Notes under the pieces: generated by a model | Told to the model about the DNA's origin: nothing | The model's database searches: none | The model's input: only the letters and a program-made list of their open reading frames with translations | In this document: one piece after another, positions 37,801-46,258 of the stretch | How positions within the stretch are numbered: the stretch's first letter is position 1 | Layout of the letters: each line of letters opens with the position of its first letter | Source of the DNA: an uncultured Candidatus Saccharibacteria bacterium | GTDB taxonomy: Bacteria; Patescibacteriota; Minisyncoccia; Phycocordibacterales; Zambryskibacteraceae | NCBI GenBank assembly: GCA_964446535.1 | Contig: CAYUOR010000001.1 | Span: forward strand, 71,283 to 135,282 | Direction: 5' to 3' | DNA length: 64,000 bases | Position numbers and translations under genes: made by a program

Positions 37801-38072
37801 ACAAAGCCGTTGAAGGCGCTTTTCATCTGATTTAGCTCACTTGTACTTATGCTTCCGGAGCTATCTAAAACAAGAGCTATATCAAAGCCACACGATGCCT
37901 TTAATTCTGGGTTCGGAGCTGGGGTTGGATTACTGCTTCCCGTAGCCAGAGTCATGGCGGGAGTAAATATAAATAGCAGAGAGATTATAAAGGCGCTGGC
38001 CGTGGCAGGATTTAGATTAGGTTGTTCTCGTTTAGCTTTATTGTTCATAGTCCATAAATTACGTTTCCACAC
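34854..38072 (-). CDS. Large surface protein: signal/TM, VWA domain, Ig-like domain, tandem acidic Cys-containing Ca-binding-type repeats, PG_binding_1 domain, C-terminal multi-TM anchor
   Basis: 1072 aa; VWA MIDAS 'DIALVLDSSGSIS ... IVFASDGNPN' (aa ~62-235); Ig-like 'ITIDGPNPHNILVSSEPYADPGFVATDLEDGDLTGDV' (aa ~352-432); four 'CSDxxDNDxDGxxDxxDPGCHxDxDxxNPDSYDPND' repeats plus poly-Gly (aa ~435-740); 'RDYMRRDLNNNPQEVLKLQAFLINFDMREGVSLTGVFDDATLEAVSLFQ' PG_binding_1; several TM helices aa ~930-1005. Confidence 0.6.
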   Translation of the reverse strand: MWKRNLWTMNNKAKREQPNLNPATASAFIISLLFIFTPAMTLATGSSNPTPAPNPELKASCGFDIALVLDSSGSISTSELNQMKSAFNGFVDSFLPGTDTLFSVTDFDTNGQVLQSFTNNLGLIHIAINTPVSGGNTNWADGLGKAFGTFDPRTGDEHPNLIVFASDGNPNRPTDSTEALKLAITKANEIKGSGTRIIALGIGDNLKVNNLKAISSSDAVYTSGFDTLADDLADLAQELCGGTITVKKILDSDNDLTTTDDQLPAAGWTFEIKNSQTVSKTTGADGFTPSLEVDQGVYSVTEVLQNNFKLLDAKCLVNGSPSGTREGLSVTDLSIDSNDIVSCTFINHENQAPVITIDGPNPHNILVSSEPYADPGFVATDLEDGDLTGDVVISGDTVDTSNTGTYVITYNVVDSDGLSATEKTRTVKVSAPPSECSDGMDNDGDNLIDFPDDPGCTNEEDDDENTPPVITADTLVIVTLGGSFDPLGHATVNDDEDDPEPNLVVGGDTVLTNTVGDYVVTYDATDSHGAKATQQTLTVQVRAVCSDTFDNDNDGVADSADPGCHTDADSNNPDSYDPNDSDETNPTDVCANLDGIQIMVPQGLVSQNGDCVSPSPICSDAIDNDEDGFVDADDPGCHSDGNADNPDSYDPNDNDETNVPGGSNLCEDNKASNWGEALPCKYDTTNGGGGGGGGNAPCSNSRDDDGDGLIDALDPGCHSDGDASNPNSYVPSDNTEDDGQVLGATTVPADPNVCFYLRDYMRRDLNNNPQEVLKLQAFLINFDMREGVSLTGVFDDATLEAVSLFQLKYAEDILEPWGHTDPTGYVYILTLKKINEIYCQRLFPLNEAQIYEIAAFKALLDNLRAQGIEPIPSYIQTENDADSSGSTTTPIIPVVGVQSSDTTNGSLGVVRGLATAIVANPESMGDIAKSIYGLLVFVIALYVLGNVLKDVFYKNTPGNLRKRFITKWVVVDLGLVLGIVASLVFKWWFVLPLFILLALSLTWTSLYPEHNSIRASVKSWYLVVLARAKSIGKNITKPTEITKEPVKEILTAKKDADTKPPIDKVIVMGPKK
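35852..36770. repeat. Intragenic tandem repeats encoding 4 copies of a ~40-75 aa acidic Cys-containing module
   Basis: recurring gaYccgaaYgaYaaYgaYga-type DNA segments; near-identical copies at about 36305-36440 and 36090-36220. Confidence 0.55.
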
Positions 38073-38333
38073 AACAAAGTCAAGTTTTTTGGCTTATATC
38101 GGATTTAATAAAATGTCCTTGTTTATCAACATATTATATGTCTTTGTCCTTTATATATTTATTGTCTCTTACAAAAGGTCATGATGCGTCAATATCTTTC
38201 TAATAAATATGGATAAATAGAGGATAAGCTTTATTCTCTATATATTATTATGTGATGTCTGTTTAATTTGTCCTTTATAAACTACGGTAAGTAATTTAGC
38301 TTAAATCTTGGGCGTGCTATCATTAAAACACTT

Positions 38334-40403
38334 ATGAATGATAAGTTTCTTAAGCCCTATAATCCCAACGAAATAGAGCCAGAAATATATAAAATTTGGG
38401 AGAAAAGTGGATTTTTTAACCCAGATAACCTGCCCGGTAAAAGGGGTCCTGCCTTTACTATTATTATGCCTCCGCCTAACGCCAACGGGAGTCTTCACTC
38501 TGGACACGTACTCTTCATCACTCTGGAGGATATTATGGTGAGGTTCAAGAGAATGTGTGGCTTTAGAGCTCTTTGGCTCCCAGGAGCAGATCATGCTGGT
38601 TTTGAAACACAGGTCGTTTTTGAAAAAAAACTTGAAAAAGAGGGCAGCTCCAGGTTCGGTATGGACCCGACCGAGCTTTATCAAAGGATTCTTACCTTTA
38701 CACTCGAGAATAAGAAGCATATGGAAAGCCAGGTTAAATCCCTCGGCGCCTCTTGTGACTGGTCACGAGAAAAGTTCACTCTAGACCCAGATATCATAGA
38801 AAAAACTCAAGAAACATTTATAAAAATGTTTGAGGACGGATTAATTTATCGCGGAGAGAGAACAATCAACTGGTGCTCAAAACATGCTACCTCTCTTTCT
38901 GAAGTGGAAACTGAGTCTGTTGAAGAGGTTTCACCTTTTTATTATTTTCGATACGGCCCATTCGAGATAGGTACCGTTAGACCCGAAACTAAATTCGGTG
39001 ATAAGTATGTTGTTATGAATCCTAATGATAAGCGTTATTTAAAATACAAACATGGAGAGACTCTTGAGGTTGAGTGGATAAACGGACCGATAAAAGCAAC
39101 TGTTATAAAAGACGATGCGGTCGACATGGAGTTTGGCACCGGTGTTATGACTATTACACCCTGGCACTCACAAATAGATCTCGAGATTGCGGAGCGCCAC
39201 GGACTTGATGTAGAGCAGATTATAGACTGGCGAGGAAAACTTTTGCCGATAGCTGGAGAATTTAGTGGTATGAATATAAAAGAAGCTCGTCCAAAAATCG
39301 TTGAAAAGCTAAGAGCTAAGGGTCTTCTCACCAGGATTGATGAAAATTATAAAAATGTAATTAAGAAATGTTACAAGTGTAATACCGTTATAGAACCGCA
39401 AGTGAAAAAGCAGTGGTTCGTCAAAATGGAGCCTTTAGCGAAAATGGCGCTAAAGGCTGTAAGTGACGGGAAAATTAAATTTATTCCTGATAATTATGAA
39501 AAAATTTTCCGATATTGGATGGAGAATACAACTGACTGGAACATTTCTCGTCAGATAGTTTGGGGTATTTCTATCCCAGCTTGGTTTCGTGGAGAAGATG
39601 TCGCGGTTAGCCTTGATAAGCCCTCTGGCGAAGGCTGGGCGAGAGATCCTGATACGTTTGATACATGGTTTTCAAGCGGTCAATGGCCTCTTTTCATGAC
39701 TGGCTATCCGGACGGCAAAGATTTTAAAAAATTTTACCCTACGGACGTGATGGAGACTGGGCACGACCTTATATTCAAATGGGTGCCGCGCATGGTTATC
39801 TTTGGCCTATATTTAACCAAAAAAGTGCCTTTTCACACCGTTTACCTCCACGGCCTGGTTAACGATGCCCAGGGTAAAAAGATGAGCAAGTCGAAAGGTA
39901 ATGTTGTTGATCCGCTTGTATTAACCGGAAAATACGGTACTGATGCCCTGCGTATGACTCTTGTTGTCGGTAATACTCCTGGCACCGATCTCTCGCTTAG
40001 AGAGGAGAAAATAAAGGGTTATAAAAATTTTGCCAACAAGCTCTGGAATATAACTCGTTTTGTACTCTCTCGAGAAGATAGGGGTGCCTTGGATAAAAAA
40101 CTTGTTAAAGAGTTCAATTCTCTCGCAAAGGATGTGACGAATGACATGGAAAACTTCAGATTCTATTTGGCGGCTGAAAAGCTTTATGCCTATATCTGGC
40201 ACACCTTTGCTGATAAAATTATTGAAGAGAGTAAAAATTCTGAGGAAGCGGGAAAAACTCTTTATTACATTCTAGAGAATTCACTAAAACTTCTTCACCC
40301 ATTTATGCCGTTTATTACAGAAGAAATCTGGCAAGAACTGCGTGCTAAGAATAAAAAGATAGGTAAGGAAGACCTTCTGATGATTGAACCCTGGCCAGTA
40401 TGA
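38334..40403 (+). CDS. valS: Valyl-tRNA synthetase, short form without C-terminal coiled-coil
   Basis: 'PPPNANGSLHSGHVL' HIGH region of ValRS type, CP1 editing region, 'KMSKSKGNVVDP' KMSKS; 689 aa. Confidence 0.8.
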   Translation: MNDKFLKPYNPNEIEPEIYKIWEKSGFFNPDNLPGKRGPAFTIIMPPPNANGSLHSGHVLFITLEDIMVRFKRMCGFRALWLPGADHAGFETQVVFEKKLEKEGSSRFGMDPTELYQRILTFTLENKKHMESQVKSLGASCDWSREKFTLDPDIIEKTQETFIKMFEDGLIYRGERTINWCSKHATSLSEVETESVEEVSPFYYFRYGPFEIGTVRPETKFGDKYVVMNPNDKRYLKYKHGETLEVEWINGPIKATVIKDDAVDMEFGTGVMTITPWHSQIDLEIAERHGLDVEQIIDWRGKLLPIAGEFSGMNIKEARPKIVEKLRAKGLLTRIDENYKNVIKKCYKCNTVIEPQVKKQWFVKMEPLAKMALKAVSDGKIKFIPDNYEKIFRYWMENTTDWNISRQIVWGISIPAWFRGEDVAVSLDKPSGEGWARDPDTFDTWFSSGQWPLFMTGYPDGKDFKKFYPTDVMETGHDLIFKWVPRMVIFGLYLTKKVPFHTVYLHGLVNDAQGKKMSKSKGNVVDPLVLTGKYGTDALRMTLVVGNTPGTDLSLREEKIKGYKNFANKLWNITRFVLSREDRGALDKKLVKEFNSLAKDVTNDMENFRFYLAAEKLYAYIWHTFADKIIEESKNSEEAGKTLYYILENSLKLLHPFMPFITEEIWQELRAKNKKIGKEDLLMIEPWPV

Positions 40404-41107
40404 TAGATCCTGATATCATCTTTTACGCGCTTCTGGGTGGAATTATGCCGTCTCTTATCTGGCTTGCTTTCTGGTTGCGTGAGGATTACAGACACCCGGA
40501 GCCTAAAGCCTTGATTTTAAAAACATTTCTTTTAGGGATGGCTTCAGTCGGCCTTGTTCTACCTTTTCAAGATGCGATTGATAACTGGCTGCCGGGCATG
40601 GCTTTTGCGGCGATACTTCTTTGGGTTGTGTTTGAGGAGACTTTTAAGCTCGGGGCTGCTTATGTCGGTGGTATAAACACTACGGCCGACAATGAGCCGA
40701 TAGATCCGATGATCTATATGATTACTGCGGCACTCGGCTTTGCGGCTATGGAAAATACACTTTTTATTATAGAACCTTTGATTGGCGAGAAGATCTTAGA
40801 CGGCGTTATAACGGGGAATCTTCGCTTTATAGGAGCAAGCCTTCTCCATGTTGTATCTTCCGGAATCGTGGGGGCCTTTCTCGCCTTTTCATTTTATAAA
40901 TCTAGGCATGAGCGTATTAAAATGGTTGCCCTCGGCTTGCTGCTCGCAATTATTACTCATACGGCATTCAACTTGCTACTTATCAAGTGGAATACTTCCG
41001 GAGCAATTTTGGGCTTCGGATTAGTCTGGATAGGAGTAATCCTTCTTCTTCTTGCATTTGAGCGAGCAAAAGCAATTGCGCGCCAAAGAAAGTGGGACTA
41101 TAATTAG
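40400..41107 (+). CDS. PrsW-family intramembrane protease-like protein
   Basis: polytopic; 'VVFEETFKLGAAY' (EExxK) and 'FAAMENTLF' motifs of PrsW/YpdC glutamic-type proteases. Confidence 0.55.
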   Translation: MIDPDIIFYALLGGIMPSLIWLAFWLREDYRHPEPKALILKTFLLGMASVGLVLPFQDAIDNWLPGMAFAAILLWVVFEETFKLGAAYVGGINTTADNEPIDPMIYMITAALGFAAMENTLFIIEPLIGEKILDGVITGNLRFIGASLLHVVSSGIVGAFLAFSFYKSRHERIKMVALGLLLAIITHTAFNLLLIKWNTSGAILGFGLVWIGVILLLLAFERAKAIARQRKWDYN

Positions 41108-41113
41108 AGAACA

Positions 41114-41572
41114 ATGCAAAACAAAAGATCTTTTTTCGAAAGACTTACGGGTGCGGTTAGATTAGATGAGGGACCCTTGGAAGAGACGGTAGAGCTAAAC
41201 AAACCCGCTCCGAAACCCAGCATCTTTGAAGAAGCTGAAGAAGAGGCGCAACTTACTGTCGATGTATACAACACCCCATCAGAAATTGTCATAAAAACTA
41301 TGGTGGCGGGAGTCCGCCCAGACGACCTCGATGTCTCCATCACGAGAGACTCGGTTACTATCCGTGGCAAACGAAGCGAGGATAGAACGGTAACTGGTGA
41401 AGATTATCTCCATAGAGAACTTTACTGGGGCTCATTCGCCCGTACCATCACCCTGCCGGAGGAGGTTGACGTTGATAATGCCGAAGCTGTTGAAAAATAC
41501 GGTATGTTGGTCCTCCACCTACCGAAGATAGACAAAAACCGACAGACAAAACTGCGGGTTAAAGGAAACTAG
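41114..41572 (+). CDS. Hsp20/alpha-crystallin family small heat-shock protein
   Basis: alpha-crystallin domain 'VDVYNTPSEIVIKTMVAGVRPDDLDVSITRDSVTIRGKR ... GSFARTITLPEEVD'. Confidence 0.8.
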   Translation: MQNKRSFFERLTGAVRLDEGPLEETVELNKPAPKPSIFEEAEEEAQLTVDVYNTPSEIVIKTMVAGVRPDDLDVSITRDSVTIRGKRSEDRTVTGEDYLHRELYWGSFARTITLPEEVDVDNAEAVEKYGMLVLHLPKIDKNRQTKLRVKGN

Positions 41573-41574
41573 GG

Positions 41575-41647
41575 TGTCGAGAGGCGGGCTCGAACCGCCG
41601 ACCCTTCGCTCTTCAGGCGAATGCTCTACCAACTGAGCTATCTCGAC
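41575..41647 (-). tRNA. tRNA-Phe (anticodon GAA)
   Basis: acceptor GTCGAGA/TCTCGAC, anticodon loop CTGAAGA, T-loop GGTTCGAGCCC; CCA not encoded. Confidence 0.75.
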
Positions 41648-41871
41648 GTATTAAGAAGTTCCATTGCGTTGTTGAAATTGTCCATTGCCGGTTTAAGAAA
41701 CGGTTGAATGAAGAGATAACCAGCAATAATTGGTACAACAATAATGGCCACTTTTATTAATCCCCAGAGCACAGCCCAACGAGCCTTTTTATCTATTTTG
41801 CGCAATATCTCGTTGTTCTCTTCAGAAAGCTTTAGGGTGCGCTCCAAAAGCACTTTGTCCTCGGGATTCAT
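41638..41871 (-). CDS. Hypothetical small membrane protein
   Basis: 77 aa; N-terminal 'KVLLERTLKLSEENNEILRKIDKK' then TM 'WAVLWGLIKVAIIVVPIIAGYLFI'; 3' end overlaps tRNA-Phe by ~10 nt. Confidence 0.25.
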   Translation of the reverse strand: MNPEDKVLLERTLKLSEENNEILRKIDKKARWAVLWGLIKVAIIVVPIIAGYLFIQPFLKPAMDNFNNAMELLNTSR

Positions 41872-41951
41872 GGGAAGAAATTATAGCAGAATACTCGCCT
41901 CGCGTCGAAGCGGGTCGGTTTTTCTCAAATTCCGTGATATATTCAAAATTC

Positions 41952-42023
41952 GCCCCCATAGCTCAACGGATAGAGCATTCCCGTCCTAAGGGAGAGATGT
42001 TGGTTCAATTCCTGCTGGGGGCA
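41952..42023 (+). tRNA. tRNA-Arg (anticodon CCT)
   Basis: acceptor GCCCCCA/TGGGGGC perfect, anticodon loop GTCCTAA, T-loop TTCAATT with one T-T mismatch in T-stem; CCA not encoded. Confidence 0.65.
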
Positions 42024-42269
42024 CTACTTAGCCGGAACAGAAAGGAGTTGCGAGAGGCGCTCACGGTCGAAGCCGATGACGACATCTTTGCCGTCTATAA
42101 CGATAACAGGCACACCGAGCTGTCCGCTTTTATCAACCATCTCTTTTCTCTTTTCTAAATCTGTTCCCACATTGTAATCGGTAAAGGGAATGTTATTCAC
42201 GGCGAAAAATTCTTTGGCGGCGTGGCAGAAGTGGCAGGTAGCTGTTGAATATATTTCTACTTTCTTCAT
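42024..42269 (-). CDS. Glutaredoxin-like protein with atypical CHFC active site
   Basis: 81 aa; 'VEIYSTATCHFCHAAKEFF ... GQLGVPVIVIDGKDVVIGF' thioredoxin-fold glutaredoxin/NrdH layout. Confidence 0.6.
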   Translation of the reverse strand: MKKVEIYSTATCHFCHAAKEFFAVNNIPFTDYNVGTDLEKRKEMVDKSGQLGVPVIVIDGKDVVIGFDRERLSQLLSVPAK

Positions 42270-42649
42270 TTACTTCCAATTATAGCAACCCAGAAGCGTT
42301 TGTACCATGGGGATTTCTCCGTCTCTTCCGTACTTGTGCCCCTTCTTTCGTCAACAATAACCGCCACAAACTCTCCTTCCTCCGTCACGCTGAATTTATC
42401 CTTTATTTCCTCTCTTATACCTTCTTCTGTTTCAAGGCGGGCGATATCTTCTTTTAGCTCCATCTCCCGCATGGCAAGCGCGGTCGCTTTTTCTTCAAGA
42501 TTTCTTGTTATCTTAGAGCTTTCTTTCCCTTTTTCCAAGACGCCGATAGCTCCCTTAGCTAAAACGAAGGTTACTACGGCGAGGACAATAAGAGATGGTA
42601 AAGAATAGAAAATGTGTCGGGTTTTTCGTCTTTTCTGGAGCTCTTTCAT
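42266..42649 (-). CDS. FtsB/DivIC-like septum formation initiator family protein (tentative)
   Basis: 127 aa: N-terminal TM, coiled coil 'LAMREMELKEDIARLETEEGIREEIKDKF', short beta C-terminus. Confidence 0.3.
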   Translation of the reverse strand: MKELQKRRKTRHIFYSLPSLIVLAVVTFVLAKGAIGVLEKGKESSKITRNLEEKATALAMREMELKEDIARLETEEGIREEIKDKFSVTEEGEFVAVIVDERRGTSTEETEKSPWYKRFWVAIIGSK

Positions 42650-42794
42650 GGATGAATTTATCTCTCCTTTATGTTAGCATAGCGCATATGCTTTTCGATA
42701 AAAGGAACAAAAAGAAATTTAGGGCCATCTGGATAGTGCTCTCAATCTTGATTATTTTAAGTATGGTTCTGCTCTACGCCCCTATCCTGCCGTC

Positions 42795-44570
42795 TTAGCT
42801 ATCTCTTCTTATCATTTTCAGAAAAACGTCTTGGGGAATGTTAACCCTACCTAGAGCTTTCATCTTTTTTTTGCCTTTCTTCTGCTTTTCTCGCAGTTTC
42901 ATCTTACGAGTAATGTCGCCACCGTACATATGCTGAGTCACGTTTTTCTTCATACCACTTAGGGTGCGCGAGGCGATAATTCGGCCACCAGCCGAAGCTT
43001 GGATTTTTGTCGTGAACATTTGTCTAGGCAAAATCTTGTGAAGTCTCTCAACGGCATCTTCGGCCTCATTCTGAAACTGCCTTTTAGACACAACTTTGGC
43101 AAAGGCGGGGATCGGTTCGTCGGCAATTAAAATATCAAGCCGTCCGACATCAGCCAGGCGCTCACCAATAATTGAATAAGAAATAGAGCCGAAGCCAGAA
43201 GTGACACTTTTAAGTCTGTCGAAAAATCCACGCATAAGTTCGCGTAGAGGCATATCAAATTTAAGTGTGGTACGCAGGGTCCCGATGTTTTCCGTTTCTT
43301 TAAGTTCGGCTTCAAAGTCGTAGAGCATTTTTACCACCGGACTAGTGTAAGAAGGTGGGATAATAACCGTAACGGAAACCCATGGTTCCAGAACCTCTTT
43401 TATCAAATGTTCGTCTGGAAAAAACGATGGAGTATATATTGTCTTTTCTTTACCATCTTTGAAAACCACCTTATAAGTGATACTGGGAAGTGTAATAACC
43501 AAATTTAATTTGAACTCGCGGCGAAGTCTTTCGGTAATAATTTCCAGGTGAAGCATGCCCAGGAAACCGACTCTAAATCCCCTACCGAGTATTCCCGACG
43601 ACTCCTCCTCAAAGCTAAATGCCGAGTCGGACAAACTTAGCTTCATCAGGGCCTGGCGTAGGAGAGTAAAGTCGTCCTGACTTTCCGGATAGATTGAAGC
43701 CCAGACAACCGGTCGCGCCCTCTGATAACCGTGTAACGCCGGAGTCATATCTGTAAAGAGAGATATGGTGTCTCCCACGGAGGCAATATTCGGCTCTTTT
43801 ATGCCAGTGACGATATAACCGATTTCACCGGAAGATAACCTTGCCGTTGGCTTTTCTTCGGGGGTAAAGACGCCAACCTCCAGCGCTTGGAAACTTTTGT
43901 CGGCGACTTTAAATTTAAGTTTAGCTCCCTTCTCCGCTTCGCCGGAAAACACACGAACGAACACTATTACCCCGCGGTGATTTGAGTATTTAAAATCAAA
44001 GACTAGGGCTTCTAGAGACGCCTTCCCTTTTATTTTAGGCGGAGGAATCCTTGCTATTACAGCATCAAGGAGCGCCTCTACGCCCTCGCCCGTCTTGCCC
44101 GACACAAGTAAAATTTCTTCTCTTTTAACAGCAAGAAGTTTAGTCAGCTCCTCGACAACCTCCTCTATTCTGGCAAGACTAGAATCAATTTTTGAGACAA
44201 CCGGAATAATGGTGAGCCCGGATTCAAGTGCCTGTTCAAGGGTGGTTAGAGTCTGAGCCTGAACACCCTGTGTGGCGTCAACTAGAAGAATAGAGCCCTC
44301 CACGGCACCCAGGGCGCGCGAAACTTCATAGGAGAAATCGATGTGCCCCGGCGTGTCTATTAGATTTAAAACGTGCTCGCGCCAGAGCATTCTCACCGGC
44401 TGCATCTTTATGGTTATACCGCGCTCTCGCTCAAGTTCCATAGAATCGAGAACCTGTTCGCGCATGTCTCTTTTCTCTATAGTGCCCGTAAGCTCAAGCA
44501 TCCTGTCGGCTAGAGTGGACTTGCCGTGATCAATATGCGCAATAATAGAAAAATTTCTTTTACGATCCAT
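42795..44570 (-). CDS. lepA: Elongation factor 4 (LepA)
   Basis: 'FSIIAHIDHGKSTLADR' G1, 'DTPGHIDF' G3, LepA C-terminal domain. Confidence 0.9.
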   Translation of the reverse strand: MDRKRNFSIIAHIDHGKSTLADRMLELTGTIEKRDMREQVLDSMELERERGITIKMQPVRMLWREHVLNLIDTPGHIDFSYEVSRALGAVEGSILLVDATQGVQAQTLTTLEQALESGLTIIPVVSKIDSSLARIEEVVEELTKLLAVKREEILLVSGKTGEGVEALLDAVIARIPPPKIKGKASLEALVFDFKYSNHRGVIVFVRVFSGEAEKGAKLKFKVADKSFQALEVGVFTPEEKPTARLSSGEIGYIVTGIKEPNIASVGDTISLFTDMTPALHGYQRARPVVWASIYPESQDDFTLLRQALMKLSLSDSAFSFEEESSGILGRGFRVGFLGMLHLEIITERLRREFKLNLVITLPSITYKVVFKDGKEKTIYTPSFFPDEHLIKEVLEPWVSVTVIIPPSYTSPVVKMLYDFEAELKETENIGTLRTTLKFDMPLRELMRGFFDRLKSVTSGFGSISYSIIGERLADVGRLDILIADEPIPAFAKVVSKRQFQNEAEDAVERLHKILPRQMFTTKIQASAGGRIIASRTLSGMKKNVTQHMYGGDITRKMKLREKQKKGKKKMKALGRVNIPQDVFLKMIRRDS

Positions 44571-44581
44571 GGCTAGAGACT

Positions 44582-46255
44582 TTATATCATCTCAGAGTCG
44601 GCGGCAATAACCTTATTTCTCCAGAACCTGTTTTTTATAACCCTAAATACTTCCGCTAATTCGCCGCTCTTCAGGACTACCAAGGTGCCAATGCCGGCTA
44701 GAAGACCCAAGGCGCCGGCGAATAGACCTTGAAGGAAAATACCGGCAAGAGTCGTGGTATCTATCATTGAGGCCAAAATATTGAGACCAAAGTATGAGAC
44801 AACGCCGACAACTAGGGCGGCGACAAAGTTTTGAAAAAAGGCGCCGATAACCAGAGTGGAGAAACCTTTAAACTTTTTCTCGAAAACAATCCAGTGTAAG
44901 ACTCCATTTATTATCGTGGCAAGAGAAAACCCGAGGGGAAGCATCAAAACCTCCGTACCAGCCAAATCTTCTACTCTAAAGAGAGTTGTAATAAAAGTGC
45001 TGAAGGCGGCCGAAAGATCAAATAATTTAATCAAAAACCAGGTGCCGACTAGCATAACAGCGGTCGATATGCTGTTTATGATCAAAGGAATCTTGGTAAG
45101 ACCAGCCGAATAAAAGCCCCTGATAAAAAGAAGGCAGAGACACTGAAACATCGATGAGAGGGCAAAAAGCGCCAGGAGAGCCGCCGTTAGACGAGTGTCG
45201 TTCCAATCAAATTGTCCTGAACCTAGAATCACTCTTACAATTTGAGCCCGAACAATAACCAGTATCGCCGTTAAAGGTAGTGCCCAAAAGATTATGAATC
45301 TTGCCGCGACCGCCATCTGGCTCAGAAAGGCACTGAAATTATTTTCCCTAAAACTCCTGGATAAATTAGGGAAAGCCGCCAGTGAATACGAAACACCAAT
45401 TATTGAAATAAGAACCGCTTGAATATTGAAGGAAAATGACAATACAGAAACAGAACCCTCCGGCATAAGAGATGCCATCGAGACGAGAAAAATCAATCCG
45501 ACGGAGCTCATAGATAAAGTCAGGGTCCTTGGTAGTGAAAGCTTCACTACATCGCGCACAATTCCGAAATTCACTGCAGAATATTTTGGAAAAAGTTTAT
45601 TTTTCAGAATTGGTGGAACTTGTATCAGGGCGTGCATTAGCGCGCCCAGTATCACACCCAGAGCAACACCCCTAACGCCAAAGCGCTCTCCGAGAAAAAG
45701 AACTCCGACAACGATACCCGCATTATAGAGAATCGGGGCAAGGGCGGCCGTTGTAAACCTGTTATAAGCCTGATTCAGTGAGCCGAAAAGGCTTGAAAAG
45801 CCAAGTATTATCGGAGAGAGAAGCATGAGACGCGAAATAAAAATCGTTTCTTTTAAGGCTGCGTCTGAAAAACCTTTGAATAGAAACTTGGAAATTTCCG
45901 GCATTAAAACGAAAGCAATGGCAGACGTGGTAATGATCAAAAGGCAGAAAAAAGAAAAAATATTATTTATAAAAGTGCGAAGAGCCTCAGGTCCTGAATT
46001 GTCTTTTTCAACGAGGAAAGGTATGAGTACGGATAAAGATACGGTCGAGGCGGCAATAACGAAGATGAAGTCTGGCACCCTAAACGCTGCATAATATATG
46101 TCAAGTTCGCTTGAGGCGCCGAAGATGTGGGCGAGCAGCCTGTCACGTATAAACGCCAAGAGGTGCGATAGGAATGCGAAAAGCCCCAAAAGAAGTGCGG
46201 CCTGGTTTAGGGTTCCCGTCTCCCTATAAAGAAAGTTGAGAATCTTTTGAACCAT
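44582..46255 (-). CDS. murJ: Lipid II flippase MurJ
   Basis: 557 aa, 14 TM; 'AFIRDRLLAHIFGAS' and MOP-family MviN/MurJ conserved N-terminus. Confidence 0.85.
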   Translation of the reverse strand: MVQKILNFLYRETGTLNQAALLLGLFAFLSHLLAFIRDRLLAHIFGASSELDIYYAAFRVPDFIFVIAASTVSLSVLIPFLVEKDNSGPEALRTFINNIFSFFCLLIITTSAIAFVLMPEISKFLFKGFSDAALKETIFISRLMLLSPIILGFSSLFGSLNQAYNRFTTAALAPILYNAGIVVGVLFLGERFGVRGVALGVILGALMHALIQVPPILKNKLFPKYSAVNFGIVRDVVKLSLPRTLTLSMSSVGLIFLVSMASLMPEGSVSVLSFSFNIQAVLISIIGVSYSLAAFPNLSRSFRENNFSAFLSQMAVAARFIIFWALPLTAILVIVRAQIVRVILGSGQFDWNDTRLTAALLALFALSSMFQCLCLLFIRGFYSAGLTKIPLIINSISTAVMLVGTWFLIKLFDLSAAFSTFITTLFRVEDLAGTEVLMLPLGFSLATIINGVLHWIVFEKKFKGFSTLVIGAFFQNFVAALVVGVVSYFGLNILASMIDTTTLAGIFLQGLFAGALGLLAGIGTLVVLKSGELAEVFRVIKNRFWRNKVIAADSEMI

Positions 46256-46258
46256 TCT

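Noticed and set aside
41934-42158. 74-aa plus-strand ORF
   Set aside because: Completely overlaps tRNA-Arg(CCT) and the convergent glutaredoxin gene
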